This document shows, one piece after another, positions 12,789 through 25,919 of a DNA stretch of 64,000 nucleotides; position 1 is the first letter of the stretch; each line of letters opens with the position of its first letter. The notes under the pieces were generated by a model. It saw nothing but the letters and a program-made list of their open reading frames with translations. It searched no databases and was not told where the DNA came from. The translations under genes were made by a program, and so were the position numbers. This stretch comes from Bilabrum cf. latius. Taxonomy: Eukaryota. Location: assembly GCA_965178125.1 (NCBI GenBank), contig OZ237766.1, forward strand, positions 124,001-188,000. Reading direction: 5' to 3'.

Positions 12789-13469
12789 TGAGTGTGCCAT
12801 GGTGAAAAGATGAAGGTTAATCCACTGGATTGAGTTAGGTCCGTGATCCAGGATTTTGATGGACCAGAGACTTGATTGCGCACATGTGGCAGTGCGCATT
12901 GGCGTGGATTGAAGTCAAAATTTACCTGTGGGTAGCTACGCCAGAAGGCTTTGGCGCTGGATACGGTTAACTGATGTACAGCGTGAAAATGAACGCTACA
13001 TTCCAAGGCGGTCCGGGAGGACTTTGCCAGCCTGGCTGAAGGGGCCGCCAAAAACAATAACCTCGCCGTGGCGATCGCCAACGTCAAGCTAGGGTTGGCT
13101 CAGAACGGGCAGCAGGACGGGGTGCCGGCAGCGGGCGCCGGAGGGAACGTGAATGCTGACGCTCCCCAGGGGGAAATGGGACCCAGGGTGGAGCTTAGGT
13201 GGGTTAGGCTATTGCAGTTGAAGCGTGAAATCTGGTAGGTCCCGGGCTATCGTTCCAGAATCTGCATTCCAGATATGGATGTCTTGTCGTGATAGCGTAC
13301 GGTTTTGGGTTCCCAGGTTCCGTTTTCATCGCGCGGCGACAATACGGAGGAAAAAATGTACATGTCGAAAATGTGCCCCCCGCGATCTCAGCAGCTAGAA
13401 GAGCTATGAAGATGATTGAAACTGTTTTGGGACGGCCGACCTACGTTTTCCTACTAGTAGGCCTACAAC

Positions 13470-15074
13470 TCAGCGCCCCGATCCGGACGCGGCACCTCCT
13501 TCATCTGGGGCTCTGTAGAACGGGCTCGCCTGCCCCATCAGGGAGTCCAGCCAGTCCTTCTTGTCGTCTGCCGTCAGGCACTCGAACTGGAACACCCGCT
13601 TCGGGTCGGGGCACGGCTCGTCACCCGCGGTTTTAAAGGCGCGTTCTGCCCTCTGGGGGATGGGCACCAGTCTGAATTCCGTATCCGAGTCCTCCATGGG
13701 CTCGATCTTGTAGTTGTCCACGTCGATGTACAGGTCTTTCTGCGGCTCCCTCTCGTCTGCCTTCTCCTTTGTGGCATAGTAGGCGAGCAGGCCATCGGCC
13801 AGCTGCAGCCACCTCCTCTTCTTGCTCTTGGAGGAGAAGAACCCGCTGCCGCCGCCCTCCTTCATCACCCAGCCCCCGTGGTTGGTGTACTGCCGCTGGG
13901 CCACTGACATGAGCTCCACCTCCGTCAGCACCTCCTCGGGCGGCAGCGGCGCCGCCACACCCGCGGGGATCGGATCAGAGGGAGACGCGTCCCCGTCGTA
14001 GTCCGCCGGTTTGCCCACCGACACTTCCCCGGTGAGCTTGTGCTCGTAGGCGTCCTGCCCCCCTTGCGTCACCTTGCGCCATACGGGGTCGTACACCTTG
14101 CCAGACTCGCCGAATTCTGCGGGGCGCGCCCAGCAAGTCTCGGCCGTGCTGCGAGTGTGAAGATTCTTTTTGGTGTGACGAGTGCACAGTGGCAGGCAGG
14201 CGCAGGCACAAGCAATGTGAGGCAACGGCGATTCTACGCTGCAGCCTCGGCGGCAGCAGGACAAGGTTACTATTGGAGGCAGAGCGCTTACCGCATGTTG
14301 ATGTAGTAGAGTCTTTTCTGTTCCGGGTCGAATTCCTCCACCCACTTGGGCCCCAGGGCGTCGTCCTCCTCGCCGGCGCCCGCTCGCCCATCGTCGGACG
14401 CGTCGGGCGGGCCGTCACGGCGAGACCGGAAGCGGCGATTCCACCAGAATGTCTTGCCAGTGGCAAACTCGATGAGTTCGACCCACTTGGAGTCCCGGAT
14501 GGTGTCCTTGTTCACGTGGTAGTCGCGGGACAGGACGGGCATGTTACCGGTGTAATAATCGAACGCTGTGGGGCCAGCAGCCACGCCAGGCAGGGGCATG
14601 TGGAATTCCTGCATGTCAAGTAGTGCTTCAAAGATGTGTGGTTCTGGTGCGTTTGCCATTGGTCGATGGCACCTCGCTGTGCTCATTGAAGCTGACCCGA
14701 CCACCGCGAGGGCGACAGGCCAGCGTGATCAGGAACAAGCCTTGGTCTGGCAATAAGAGCTAATTATTTTGTTGGCTCGCATGCACATGATCCTTCGTCA
14801 ATTGCCAGTAATTCAGAGTTCGGGCTAGCAGCAATCTTACCTTCGATACCACGGGCAGGTTGCCACTGAACAGGTTCCAGGCGGGCATACCGTGCCTGTA
14901 TCCAATCGGTGGCTCAATTTTGTGCATACTATGTGACCTTTTGATCTTGCCGTCGGACATGCTGGAGACTGGTGGGTCCTCAGATGGTTTCCATTTCCCG
15001 AGCGAGGCTGGGATTGCGGAACTGAATCGCTGCGCGGCGCCGCGAAGCCGGTGCGCATGGTTTTTATCCTTCAT
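13470..15074 (-). CDS. WW-domain and PH-domain protein (exons 15074-14841, 14608-14292, 14148-13470)
   Basis: GT-AG introns restore the frame. WW-like segments: KWVELIEFATGKTFWWNRR, KWVEEFDPEQKRLYYINMRTAETCWARP, WRKVTQGGQDAYEHKLTGEVSVGKP. PH domain: GWVMKEGGG...KRRWLQLADGLLAYY...FQFECLTADDKKDWLDSL. Stop is TGA. Confidence 0.8.
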
Positions 15075-15105
15075 CGATCCATCTATCAATCAATCAATGC
15101 CCCTC

Positions 15106-18100
15106 TCAGTCCTAATCATCATCATCATCGTCATTATCGCCATCGTCCTCCAAAATCCCCTGCACCCCGCCGCTGTAGGCGTCCCGCCCGTCGACCCGCA
15201 CTCGCAGCGTGCCCCCAGGCGACATGTCTGCGTCCAGCCGACGACTGCCCTGACGAACACTCGCCCTGGCCACCCCACCCGGTCCGGCTGACCCGGTTGG
15301 TTCCTGCCCTGACCCACCAGCACCATTCCCCTTCCCTTTCGCACCCCCCTTGCCCCTGCCCCTGCCCCTACCCCTTCCCTTGCCCCTTGTTCCTGCTGGC
15401 TTGCCCTTGCCCTTCCGCTCCTTCAGAAGCCGATGCATATAGGCGTCGTGCCCGCTCCTGTCGTACGATCGGAGCATACCCGTGGAATGCCTCACGGCAC
15501 CCAAGCTGTCCCGACCCACGCCATCCTCGCCATCGTCCACACTCGTCACACCCGGCGGACCCCCATCGTCGAAGCGTACCTTCCGCCTCACGGAATCACC
15601 GACGGCACCAGCGGAGGACTCCCCCGAAGTTTCGCTGGTTTGAGCACCCGACTCTGATGTTGCAGTACCCTGCACCCTGCTCTTGCTCCGTACCCTGCCC
15701 CCGCCCGTGCTGGCCTCGGGTGGCGCGATTCGGGCCAGCAGCAGCGCGCTGGCCTTGCGAGCGGACCTCGCGCCCGCACTCGTCACACCGGATACGTCCC
15801 CCACAGAAGACACGTCCCCGAATGACACCGACATGAGACCGCTCTCACTCGTCATACCGCCCTCGACAGCTTCACCCTCGCGCATGCCGTCATCGTGCTC
15901 CCGCTCTTCTTGCTCTTCTTCTTCCGCACCATCCTATCGATCGGCTGCACTGCCTGCATTGTCTTTGCCCGATTGATCCCCCTCATCACCATCTCCATCC
16001 CCCCCCTCAGAATCACCGCCTGTGGCTCCCTTCCCAGTCCCGCTGCTGGGAGCCTGATCACCTGGGATCTCTTGACCAACCTCGGCAACTGTCCCGCTAG
16101 CAGGATCACTCGTCGCACCAGCATCGCCACCCGTGACGGCAGCTGCTGCGGACTCTTCGCTCGCAGATTGTGCTTGCTGTTGTGCTCGTGCCTGCTGCTC
16201 GGGCGGCGTAGCCTCCTGTGCACCCGCTGCACTCGTCACGCGCTTCCTCTTTGATCCGATCCTCCCGTCCGCTAGCCAGTCGTCACCTCCCTGTCCCCCC
16301 ACTGCATGTGCCTCCAACACCTGCCTCACCTGCGTGCGCCGCTTCTTGGTCCCCTTGCCCGCCAGCCGACCCACAGCCGGTGCAGTACCGGCACGGTCAG
16401 GAGCGGCAGGCCGCGAGCTGCCACCACTCGTGGGGGCGAGCTTCCTAGATAAAGATGAAGATGAAGTCGAAGTCGATCCCACCTGCCTGCCTGTGCCCCT
16501 GCCACTGCCACTGTCCTTTGCCCCCGCCTCCCCTTCCATGCGATCGCCCCACTCCTGCCTGCACCTGTCCGCGCCCCACCCCTCACTCGTCAGGTGGGCC
16601 AGCGACACGGACCGCACTGGGCTGCCCCCTGCCACTGCCGCTGCCGCTGCCTGCGCCAGACACATGGTCTGCAGTGTCTCTGCCACCTGGGCCCAGAAAC
16701 CAGGCCTGGAGGGGTCGTGCGACCTGAACGCTTCGTACAGGAGGTCTCGGCGGGTGGCATCCGCGGGGGATGTGGCTCCACCCATGCCCCTCTCCTTGCC
16801 TTCGCCCCCCTATCCCCCGTTTGAACGCGCCTCCATGGGCTGGCTCTGGCTGCCCGACGGGCCTGAGTCGCCCCCTTTCCCTTGCTCCTTGGGCTTCTCC
16901 AAGGCATCGCCGTAGGTCTGCGAGTCCATCACGTCAGCATCTTCGCCTTTGTTCTCGTCATTGTTCGTTGTGGTGGTGCTGGCGTTGGCTGCACCCGCTG
17001 CTGCAGCCGCGACAGCCGCAGCGGCAGCAGCAGCAGCACGCCTTGTGCTCTTGGTCCTCGCGCCTGCCTTGGCCCCTGCACCGCTCTTGCCCCCTGGTCC
17101 TCGTCCTCGTCCCCCGCCCTTGCCCTTGCCCCTGCTCTTGCCCTTTGCCTTGCCCTTGCCCTTGCCCTTGCCCTTGCCCTTGCCCCTCCCTCGTCCCCTG
17201 CCCCTACTACCGCTTGCAGCAGCTGCAGCCCCCATCTCCTCCTCCTTCTCCTCCTCCTCATTCTCCTCCTCCAAGTGACTCTCCTCCCCCCCACTGCCGG
17301 ACTCACTCCCATCCTTACCCGCCGCATCCATCACCTCGTCCACGACATGCGCACCCACCCCATCACCCTCCCCCTGTACATGCCTACCTTCCTCCCCGGA
17401 GTCTGCCTCGGACCCCCGCCTCACTGCTAGCCGAGAACTGCGTCTGTCACCCGCCCCTTTTCGACCACGAGACCCACTGCTCTCTCTCGACTGTTTTCCC
17501 TCCTTGGGTTTGGAGCCCTGCCCCTGCATCTTTCCGCTGCCACGGGCACTGCCACGAGTTGCCGCTCCCCGCCCCCTCGATTTGTTCCCTCGACCACGAC
17601 CGTCTGCCTATTTTGTCTCCGAATCCACGATATCCTAACCCGACCCGCTACAGCCATGGCTCGAGTTGGAGGTGCTGTCGCTTCCGCTTCCTCTGGTGCC
17701 CGCGCTCAAAGACGATCCGCGTGCCCCCTTGCGCGTGAGTCGGCCTGTGGATCTCTTCTCCTCCTACTTCTCCGTCTACGTCTCCTTCTGCGTCTGCTGC
17801 TTCTTTTTCTTGGAATTTCCACCTTTTGCGCCTTTCTCCGCCCCAGCACTCGCCTTTGCTCTGCTGCCGCCCTCGCTGCTGACCCTCCTGGCCCCGCCCC
17901 GATTCCCACCCCTCGGAGCCTTTGATTGACCACCACTCTCCGACGAGGGACCACCACTCTCCTCCCCCTCATCTTTCCCCCCGGCCTCCGCCCTCAGCTG
18001 CAGCACGGCCCCCTCGGGCCTCTGCGCGATCCTCTCAGACTCCCAGTACTTGAGCCGGCCCGTCCGGAGCCGCCCCCTGAGGCTCCTACCCACCCGCACG

Positions 18101-20487
18101 AGGGCAGGGGTGGACTGCGCGGGGGGGCGGGCGCCTGTCCTGGCGGGCGAGGATGACGAGTGAGCCCTTATACCTGCAGCACCAATACGAGTGCTAGTGC
18201 TGATGCTGGAGCTGGCTCCGGTGGGCAGCCGAGGAGGCACGATAGGTGGAGCTGCAGAACCAGAACCACTGGCGGAGGCACTCCTCGTCGATACCGCTGA
18301 AGAAGCAGATCCGTCTGGGCCATGTGGCGACGAGGAGGAGGAGGAGGAGGAGGCAGCAGAGGACAACTACGTTGACAGTCCCAGCAGACTCGCGAGCGAC
18401 CTCTAGACCGTGATGGGTGCTCTGGGCTGCTGCCGTCGGGGGCTGCTGCTGCGGCTGCTAGTGCGTCGGGCAGCCACACCGCGCCCCGGCTTGGATACGG
18501 CATCCGGTGCTGGTGCTCCTGTATCACTGGATGATTTCCCTTTTCCCTTCCCCTTGCCCCTGCCCCTGCCCCTGGTTTTGGGTGCAACTACCCTTGCCTT
18601 GCCCTTGGACGTCTGCTCCCGCTGCTTATCATCGATCTGTGTATTGTCTTCTTTCTCCCCAATCTGCCGCTATGCACCACCTCCACCGCCACCCTGTCCA
18701 TCTCGCCGCGCTTTCTTCCTCGCCCTCCTGGCACCCGCATCCTGACGGTCACTGCCCGTTCCGCCACCATCCTCATCATCGCCGTCGGATGCACCAGCAC
18801 CAGCGCCACCGTGCGCTGCACCTGCCCGTCCAGCTCGCGCCGATCGCAACCGCTTGCGCGGCAGTCTGGGCCTTTCCGATCCGCTGACCGAATCGGAATC
18901 GGAATCAGAATCAGAGTCATCCCGAAGCAAGGCCCCAATCCCTCGCCCTCTCCCTCTCCCTCTCCCTCTCCCTCGCCATCTGCCTTTCCCACCTCCTTTA
19001 GACCTCCCGTTCCTGCCCCTGCCCCTGCCAACAGACCCTGCATCGGGATCGGCACCAGCCGACTCGGGCGATCCGGATTCGGAATTGCTCGCGGCTTGTG
19101 CCAGCCTGCCCAGGCCTACCAGCGCGTCAGCTTCCAAACGCGCGGCGCCACCGGCGGTTCCGCTGGATCCACGAACAGGTCCGGCATTCCCTGCAGATCT
19201 GCCCGCGGCAGCGCCCCCTCGCGCCTGCCCCTGCCCCCGCTGTTCTCCGCGCATGGACGCCATCTGTTTTTCCTTCTTTCTCTGCTTGCGGTGGGCCTTG
19301 ATCTGCGCCAGCAGCTCAGGTGTCACCTCCAGCGTGACGCCCGCACCACCATGCAGTGCACCCTGCTGGACCCCCAGCCCGGTGCCCCCCCGTCCCCCGA
19401 GTAGTCGGGGCTGCAGCGACATCCCGCCCCCTACCCCAACCCCCCTCACACCTCCCACGCCCGGCCCGCCGCCCGTAAGGCCCCACCCCCCGCCATGGTG
19501 GCTCGATGGTGAGGGATGCTGTAAGTACTGCTGCTGCTGCGACGGGATGGTGGTGGTGGTGGTAGCGGCGAAGTGCACACCACCTCTGTTCGGAATGAGG
19601 CCGTCGATGGGTGAAGCGCCCAATCCACCGGTGGGGGAAGCGGTTGCAACCGGGGACACCCCCGGGGACCGCTGCATGGCACCACCGCCGAACGCCCGTG
19701 CGCCCGGGAGTGCCAGGCCGACTGGGGCTCCACCGTGCAGTGCACCCCCCAGCCTGGGTGCAAGCGACACGGCCAAAGGCCGCACGAATGCACCACCGTG
19801 CGATGCACCCTCGCGTCCGCTGGGTTGTCTGGCTCTGGGCGTAGCGACATGCATGGCTGCTGATGCGCCGCCACTTGCTGAGGCACTGTTGCTGGCCGCG
19901 GCAGCGATTCCAGAGGACGCCGATCCTGGTGCATGCTGCAAGACCCCAGGCGCAGGCCCTACAGAGAAAGCGTCCAGCCTTGGGCCACTCCCACTGCCGC
20001 TCCCGTCCCCGAGACCCCCGCCCAGACCCCCAAACACGCCCGCCGTCCTGGTCGGGCTCGGCAGCCCCTCCTCGCCCAAATCGCCCCCGAGAGTACCCAG
20101 GCCCTGCGGGGATGACAAGCGGTTCTCTCCACCATACCCGCTCATTCGAGGCACCAACGATACTGCTGATCCTATCGGAGTGGGTGCCGTGGCCTGGGTG
20201 TGCCCTACTCCTCGCATCCGTCCTTCCTGTGGTGCGCTCCCTGACGGCGACCATGCGACCCCAGCTTGCTGCTGCACGCGTGGCATCAACGAAACTGATG
20301 TACTAAGCTACTGTAGCGAAGCAGAACCGTCTGCGAGCTGCTTGTCAAGCTTGGAGGCCTCTATATCATCGGAGGCGGTTGGTCGGTTCCGATGCCGGTG
20401 CAATCGCGGAGACGCTATCGCCTTTGGTGATCGAGAAAACGCGGCGAGAGCATTCATTGATTTATGATTGTCACGGTTTCGACTCAT
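15106..20487 (-). CDS. Mis18BP1/KNL2-like centromere protein (CENP-C-like motif, SANT/Myb-like domain)
   Basis: Six ORFs in one frame joined by 11 TAGs, ending TAG-GAC-TGA at 15106. Motifs: RSLRGRLRTGRLKYWESERI (CENP-C-like), LYEAFRSHDPSRPGFWAQVAETL..WGADRCRQEW (SANT-like), AGKGTKKRRTQVRQVLE..DDWL and YDRSGHDAYMHRL (resemble the M18BP1 C-terminus). Start is uncertain (20487 or 20457). Confidence 0.7.
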
Positions 20488-20699
20488 TCCATGGGAAATC
20501 GAGATGAGGTCCCTGCTGTTAGATGCCAAAGTTGCGGCTACCGTTTGAACGAAGCGAGACGAACCCGGAAAGGAACCACAAAGAACCACAGCGAATCCAA
20601 ACGAACCCATAATATCTCAGCCACGTCCACCGAACTGTCAAGTATCCTGGCCCCTACACGATCATGGCTTCTAGAATCACAATGCGAAGAACATTCAGT

Positions 20700-21131
20700 A
20701 TGGTGTAGGGCCGATGTCTGGGATTGGCAGGGGCCCGGTCCTTGGTGTCTGTTCAGTCAGTATCCGCGGCCACGCATAGCGCACGCGCTTTGTAGCAAGC
20801 AAGTTTCGGAACGTCAGCATCTGCGCGGGCGGACGCTGCCTCATCCAGTTCGGAATCAAGAACAGAGCCAGAGCTGCGCATGGAAGAGATCCTGTCTAAA
20901 GCATTGGACATTGAAGCTATGAGGGTGCGCGACATTTCGGGCGGGTGCGGAAGCATGTATCATGTTGCTGTGGTGTCGCCTCAGTTCGAAGGAATAAATT
21001 TAGTCAAGTAGCAGCGGCTGGTGAAGGAGGCCCTTCGAGACGAGATCAAGGACATGCACGGCATCACCATCGTAACCATGACGCCCGAAAAATTCAGGAA
21101 GCAGCAGCAGGAGCAGGAGGGCAGGCAATGA
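20700..21131 (+). CDS. BOLA3: BolA3-like mitochondrial Fe-S cluster assembly factor
   Basis: ATG 20700 starts an Ala/Ser/Arg-rich presequence-like N-terminus. Core: VRDISGGCGSMYHVAVVSPQFEGINLVK*QRLVKEALRDEIKDMHGITI. TAGs at 20706, 20793 and 21009. TGA at 21129. Confidence 0.9.
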
Positions 21132-21238
21132 TTCAAAAGAGGTATCTAGATTGAACAATAATTGCGATGTTAGATCGTTCAATCATGTTTGTTCGGCTTG
21201 CTCAACGGCCTGACGGCCATCCGTAGACTATCCAGTGC

Positions 21239-24200
21239 TCACTGGCGTCCCTTCTTCTTCTTGCCCCCTTTGCTGCCCCCCGCCTTGGCCTCCATGTACT
21301 TCCGGAAACTGTCCAGCTGCCCCTCTAGCACGATCGCCTTGCTCACCGCCGCAGCCGCTCTCGCCTCGCTTGCTTTCAACCGGTCCTGCATCGTGGCACC
21401 ACCCCCTGGCCCACCGGTGGTACCACCAGAAGAAGCAGAGGCCTCCTCCTCGGCTCGCATCGCCTCCTCCTGCAGCTGCGTGATCGTGCGCTGCAGCTGC
21501 TCCTTCTCCCCCCTCAGCAGCTCTAGCTCGCCCTCCAGCTCTCTAATCCTGGCCTGGGCACGCCTATGCTCAGCCGAGGACGAGGACGATGAGGCTGAGG
21601 TCGAAGAGGAAGAGGCTGCGCCAGACCCTGCCGTTGCTCTAGGTGCAGGTGCAGGCGCGCTCGAAGAGGCCTTCTGCAGCTGTGCCCGGGCATCCTGCAG
21701 CTCCGATCGGAGCCGTGATGCCTCATCATGCGCCCCCCGCAGTTGTTCCCTGAGCCGGTCGGCTTGTTCCTCGGCCGCGCGAGCCCTCTCGCGCAGCCGG
21801 CAGAGTTCGGCTTCGGAAGCAGAACGGTGCACGGGAGGAGGTGGAGATGCGGGGGTTGCAACCGGCGCCGCGACGAGGTTCCGCATGCCCATCACCTGCT
21901 GCATGGCGGCGTGCTGCTGCTGCATGGCCCTCATGGCCTCCATCTCGCGGCGTATCTCCCTCCGGGAGTCCTCGATCCCCCCTTGGACTGATCGGATGAT
22001 CCGATCCACGTCCACGGGTGGCGGTCGCTCTTGTTCCCTCGCTCTCATATCTTGTTCCCTGGCAGTTGCGACGGCCCGCTGCCTGCGCCTGCTGGACCGT
22101 CTGCGTTCTTCTTCTTCAGAATCCGTGCCGCTCCCCGACGTGTACCGCCCCCGCCCCCGCCCCCGCCCCCGCCCCTGCCTCAGTCCTCTGGCGCTCGAGC
22201 TGCCACCCTGCTGGGCCGCGATGGCGGTTGCAACCGCGGTGGCGATGGACTCCGGGTCCCAATCCTTTGCGGAACTCGTATCGCTGGGCGCCCCCACCGC
22301 CCGCATCTCTTGTTCCCTGGCTATCATCTCTTGTTCCCTGGCTCTCCTCGCCATGGCCAGCTCAGCCCTGGCCCCATCCCTCTCTGCCTCTGCCTCTGCA
22401 AGCCTCAGCCTCAGCCTCAGCCTCAGCCCGACCGTTTCTTGCCGGAGCGCCTCTGCTTCGGACTAGGACACGATTAGGGCAGCGGCGGCTTGTTTCTGCC
22501 TCTCCTTCTCTTTCTTCCACTCTTTTTCGTCTGATTGGTACTCGCGATCGTCCCGCCGCGAGCTACTGCTGCCTTTGGTGCCGTGGTTCCTGCTCGTTCT
22601 CGTTCTCGTTCTCTTGCCCATCGCCGTGCGGCGGCTAGCACCGCCCAATTCACCATCAGAGCTATCATCATCTTCACATCCGTCCTCGCTGCTGCTCCTG
22701 CCCCTGCCCCTCTCCTCGGCAGCTCGCACCAGCGCGGCGGTCGCCTCCAGCGCAGCCTTGGATTGGGCCGCGATGGCCTCCACAGCGGTTGCAACCTTGT
22801 CTTCGTGGTGTGGCGAGTGAGAAGCGCCCGGCGTCTCCACCGCCGCCGCCTTGGGTGACCCGTCGAGCGGTCCACCTGTGGCGCTCACCCCACTGGCTCC
22901 GAATCCATCCCCCGGTGAGCGCTCTTTCGGGAACGGCGTTCGCGCCTGTGGGGCGGCAGCGGGGGCACTTGCATGCGATGCACCCTCATAGGGCGACGCG
23001 CCGGACAGCCCCTCCACCGAGGTTACAACCGGCATGGGATTGGGAAACTCACCCTCACCCTCACCCTCACCATCACCCTGGCCGTGGCCGTGGCCGTGGG
23101 CCTGGAACTAACCACCACTGGAGCCAGCTGGGTCTGGGTCGGCCACTCTGCTCCACGCCGCCTCCAAGCGTGCCAGCCGTTCCAGTGCCGGGCTCTAGTC
23201 GGGCACCCGTCCCCCCGCACTCGTCACACACATCTCCAGCTCCCGGCTCCGCTCCATCCACAGCTTCCGCCGCATCCGCTCGGCCGCAGCGGCAGTAGCC
23301 AGCTGTCCCAGGGCCCCCCTCGCCCGCGCCAAGTCCCGCAGCCGATCCACCAGCTCCCCCCGCAGCAGCTTGCCGTGCTCCCCTGCCACCAGGAGCGCTT
23401 TCTTCATGATGTGACGGGGCACCTCGTCTTCTTCTCTACCTGTACCTGTATCTCCGTCATCGTCACTGCCGCCATCTGCCTCCTGCACTCCATTGCGACC
23501 ATCCCGCTCCTCCCCAGCGTCAGAGTCCACGTGCATACCCCTACCACCGCCGCGGAGCTTCTGTCTCCTGGCATGCCTCTATCTCTATCTCTATCTCTAC
23601 CTCTATTTCTATCTCCCGCTCTTGCTTTTGCTCTCCTCGTCCAGCCCATCCTGTGTGTCCGTGTGACGAGTATCAAGCGGGTCACCTACACGACCACCAC
23701 ACGCTTTCACCCTGTCCAGCTCTTCCGCAAACCGGAACAGTTGTTCCCTCAGGAGACCCTCCATGGCCCTCCTCCGGCCCAGCTCGTCGAGCGCCTCGCC
23801 CAGCTGAGCCTCGCGCTTGGTGAGCTGGGCCGCGAGCTCGAGCGGAACCTATTGCGCGGCGGCGCCGACACCACCAGAGGCATCTTGCCCCGCCGGAGCT
23901 TCCGCCGGGCTGACAGAGGCCACGGCGGAGTGCCCGAGCTTTGAATCGACTCTGAGAAGTGGGCGAGGGGCGCGAGTCGCATTGCTGTCCTGGCCCCGTT
24001 GAAGGAGGGGTGCAGTCGTCACGCTCGTCATGTTCGTCACGTTCGCTCGTGGCAAGCCGACGATGACAGATCGGAGCAGGTGGCGAGCAAGTGCTCGCAC
24101 TCGCTGGTCGCAAGTGATCCGATCTCCCTCCCGCCGCAGGACTTCAATCAGCTGACCCTCTGCTTCCGCGGCGAGTAACCCACCAGGGAGTGGGGCCAGC

Positions 24201-25660
24201 TGCCCGGCGCCGCGCACCCTTGATGTTCCGCTAGCAGTCATCGGCCGTCCGTAGGCCCGTGCAGTCGACGTGCCAGGGCCCGTTGGGTGCACCGCACTGC
24301 GGCCCCTCGACGTGGAGCCCCCCAATGAGGAACCTTCGGCGGAGCGGAATGTTAATGAACCGCGAGCAGCAGCAGAACCAGCAGCAGGAGAAGGACCAGA
24401 GTGTGCCCCATCTGCTGAGGAAGACGAGGGCGGCGCAGGCTGTTCGAGCACCTTGGGCTGCTGGGAGGAGGGCGGCGGGCATGACAGATCGGCCGACCAT
24501 GCGACCAGCCCCGAAAATGACGTCGATGAAGCCATCGATGCACTCGTCACACCCCGGGACTGGCACAGCGAAAGCCCCAGTGCCGCCCACATTGCGGCTC
24601 CCAGCCTGGCACTCTCCTCCTGTGGAGCCCCTGCTGCTGCCGCTGCCCCTGCCCCTGCCCCTGCACCTGCACCAGCACCTGCCTTTCTTCCTGCCTGTAC
24701 ACCCGCACCTTCGCTCCCAGCAGCGTACTCCTGCACCCGCCCCGCCACGGCGGATGCCCCCTCGAGAAGCAGCAGCGCCACATCGAGGATCCAATCCACC
24801 GGTGCACCCGTGGACTCGAGGGCGGCGGTGAATGCCCCCAGGGTGGGGTCATCCCCTGGGTATTTACTTCCTCCTGGCTGGTCCACATGGTTGTGCTTCC
24901 TGTTGTCGATTCGACCTTCTTCACCTTCCTCTTCATCTTCATCTTCTTTGCTCGCTATCCAGTCCTTATCTTGTGGGAGCAACCGAGAGGCGAGCAGCAG
25001 GCCCACTTCATCGGCCAAACGAGCCGAGAACGGCAGGCCCTGCAGTGCTCGGAGGCATGACCCCAACGATGGGGCGTCACCGTCCGGGCTGCTGCCGCCC
25101 ACTGCCAGTGGCTGTAGCCCTGAGCGACCAAGGGAGCGCAGTGGCGTCCTTGCTGAGTGCGACCGCCGGAGCTATCCGGCACCAGCTGCTCCTACCGCAT
25201 TTTGGGGCAGCCTTGAGGAGCCTGACACGCGATCTGATTTTTCGCCAGAACTTATCCTGCTGGTCGTAGCAGGAATTAAGTGCACGCTGGCACCAGCAAT
25301 CGAGCGGGCACGGGCTATGAATTCAGCGCCATTGGAGATACGGGGCGGCGGCACCGTCGACTTTGGCAACTCCAGGATGACAAACACGGGATCGATGGTT
25401 GGGGTGTTCCCATCTGTGTTTCTCTCCCCGGCTGTAGATGTTTCCGAGCGATCTGAACGTCGAACTAGCCAACTGGTCATTTCCCTGCACGTAACCAGCG
25501 TGTCATCTGTCCAAGGCGTGCTAACAACTGCTTTAAATCCTTCAACAAGCACACATGCGCCCATGTACTTCTTTGGGGACGTCAACTTGCTATTCTCATG
25601 GGTAGGTGGATCAAACCCTCGCCTAAAGTGGTCTATCGTCCGGTGAGATAGACTTGCCAT
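21239..25660 (-). CDS. Large coiled-coil/low-complexity protein of unknown function, about 1470 aa
   Basis: Five ORFs share one frame, joined by TAGs at 25172, 23849, 23609-23579 (six), 23195, 23108 and 22463. C-terminal heptad-rich region. TGA at 21239. Confidence 0.65.
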
Positions 25661-25857
25661 CGATTGCACAGTACCAGCAATAATTTAATGTAAGTATATA
25701 CGTGGCGCACACTGAACTCAATCCTACTACTGCTCCCGAATATCCACGCCACAACGGCTTCGAGCAGGTGTGACAAGTGGCCAACGCACCGGCGCACCAC
25801 CGGCTGAAGCACAGCGCACAGAATATAGTCTTAAGATTTCACATAGAACGCTGTTCA

Positions 25858-25904
25858 TTTGCCCGGACTAAGCGTCGGTTTCCCGGCTTTGCCCGGACTA
25901 AGCG
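25858..25904. promoter_or_regulatory. 17-bp direct repeat TTTGCCCGGACTAAGCG x2 in a divergent intergenic region
   Basis: Copies at 25858-25874 and 25888-25904, 16 bp upstream of ATG 25920. Regulatory role is inferred from position only. Confidence 0.4.
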
Positions 25905-25919
25905 GCGTGATTTTTATCG

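Larger units (their letters stand above)
10240..12806 (+). repeat. Tandem segmental duplication (about 10240-11246 and 11775-12806) covering PLAC8 and about 350 bp of upstream sequence
   Basis: Shared blocks in both copies, e.g. atacttaatgt, gtaagcaacag, ttggcccttgctgtggttttcgatcagcagtagctctcttgctatcgattcc and tgatgagtgtgccatggtgaaa. Confidence 0.92.

Noticed and set aside
11300-13300. Coding-like patches at about 11430-11620 and 13000-13290
   Set aside because: No recognisable domain or convincing start and splice structure. They may be relics.
8692-25646. Long antisense or alternative-frame ORFs (e.g. 8692-9792, 18854-20467, 21189-22466, 24270-25646)
   Set aside because: These are shadow ORFs expected in GC-rich coding DNA, with no recognisable domains.
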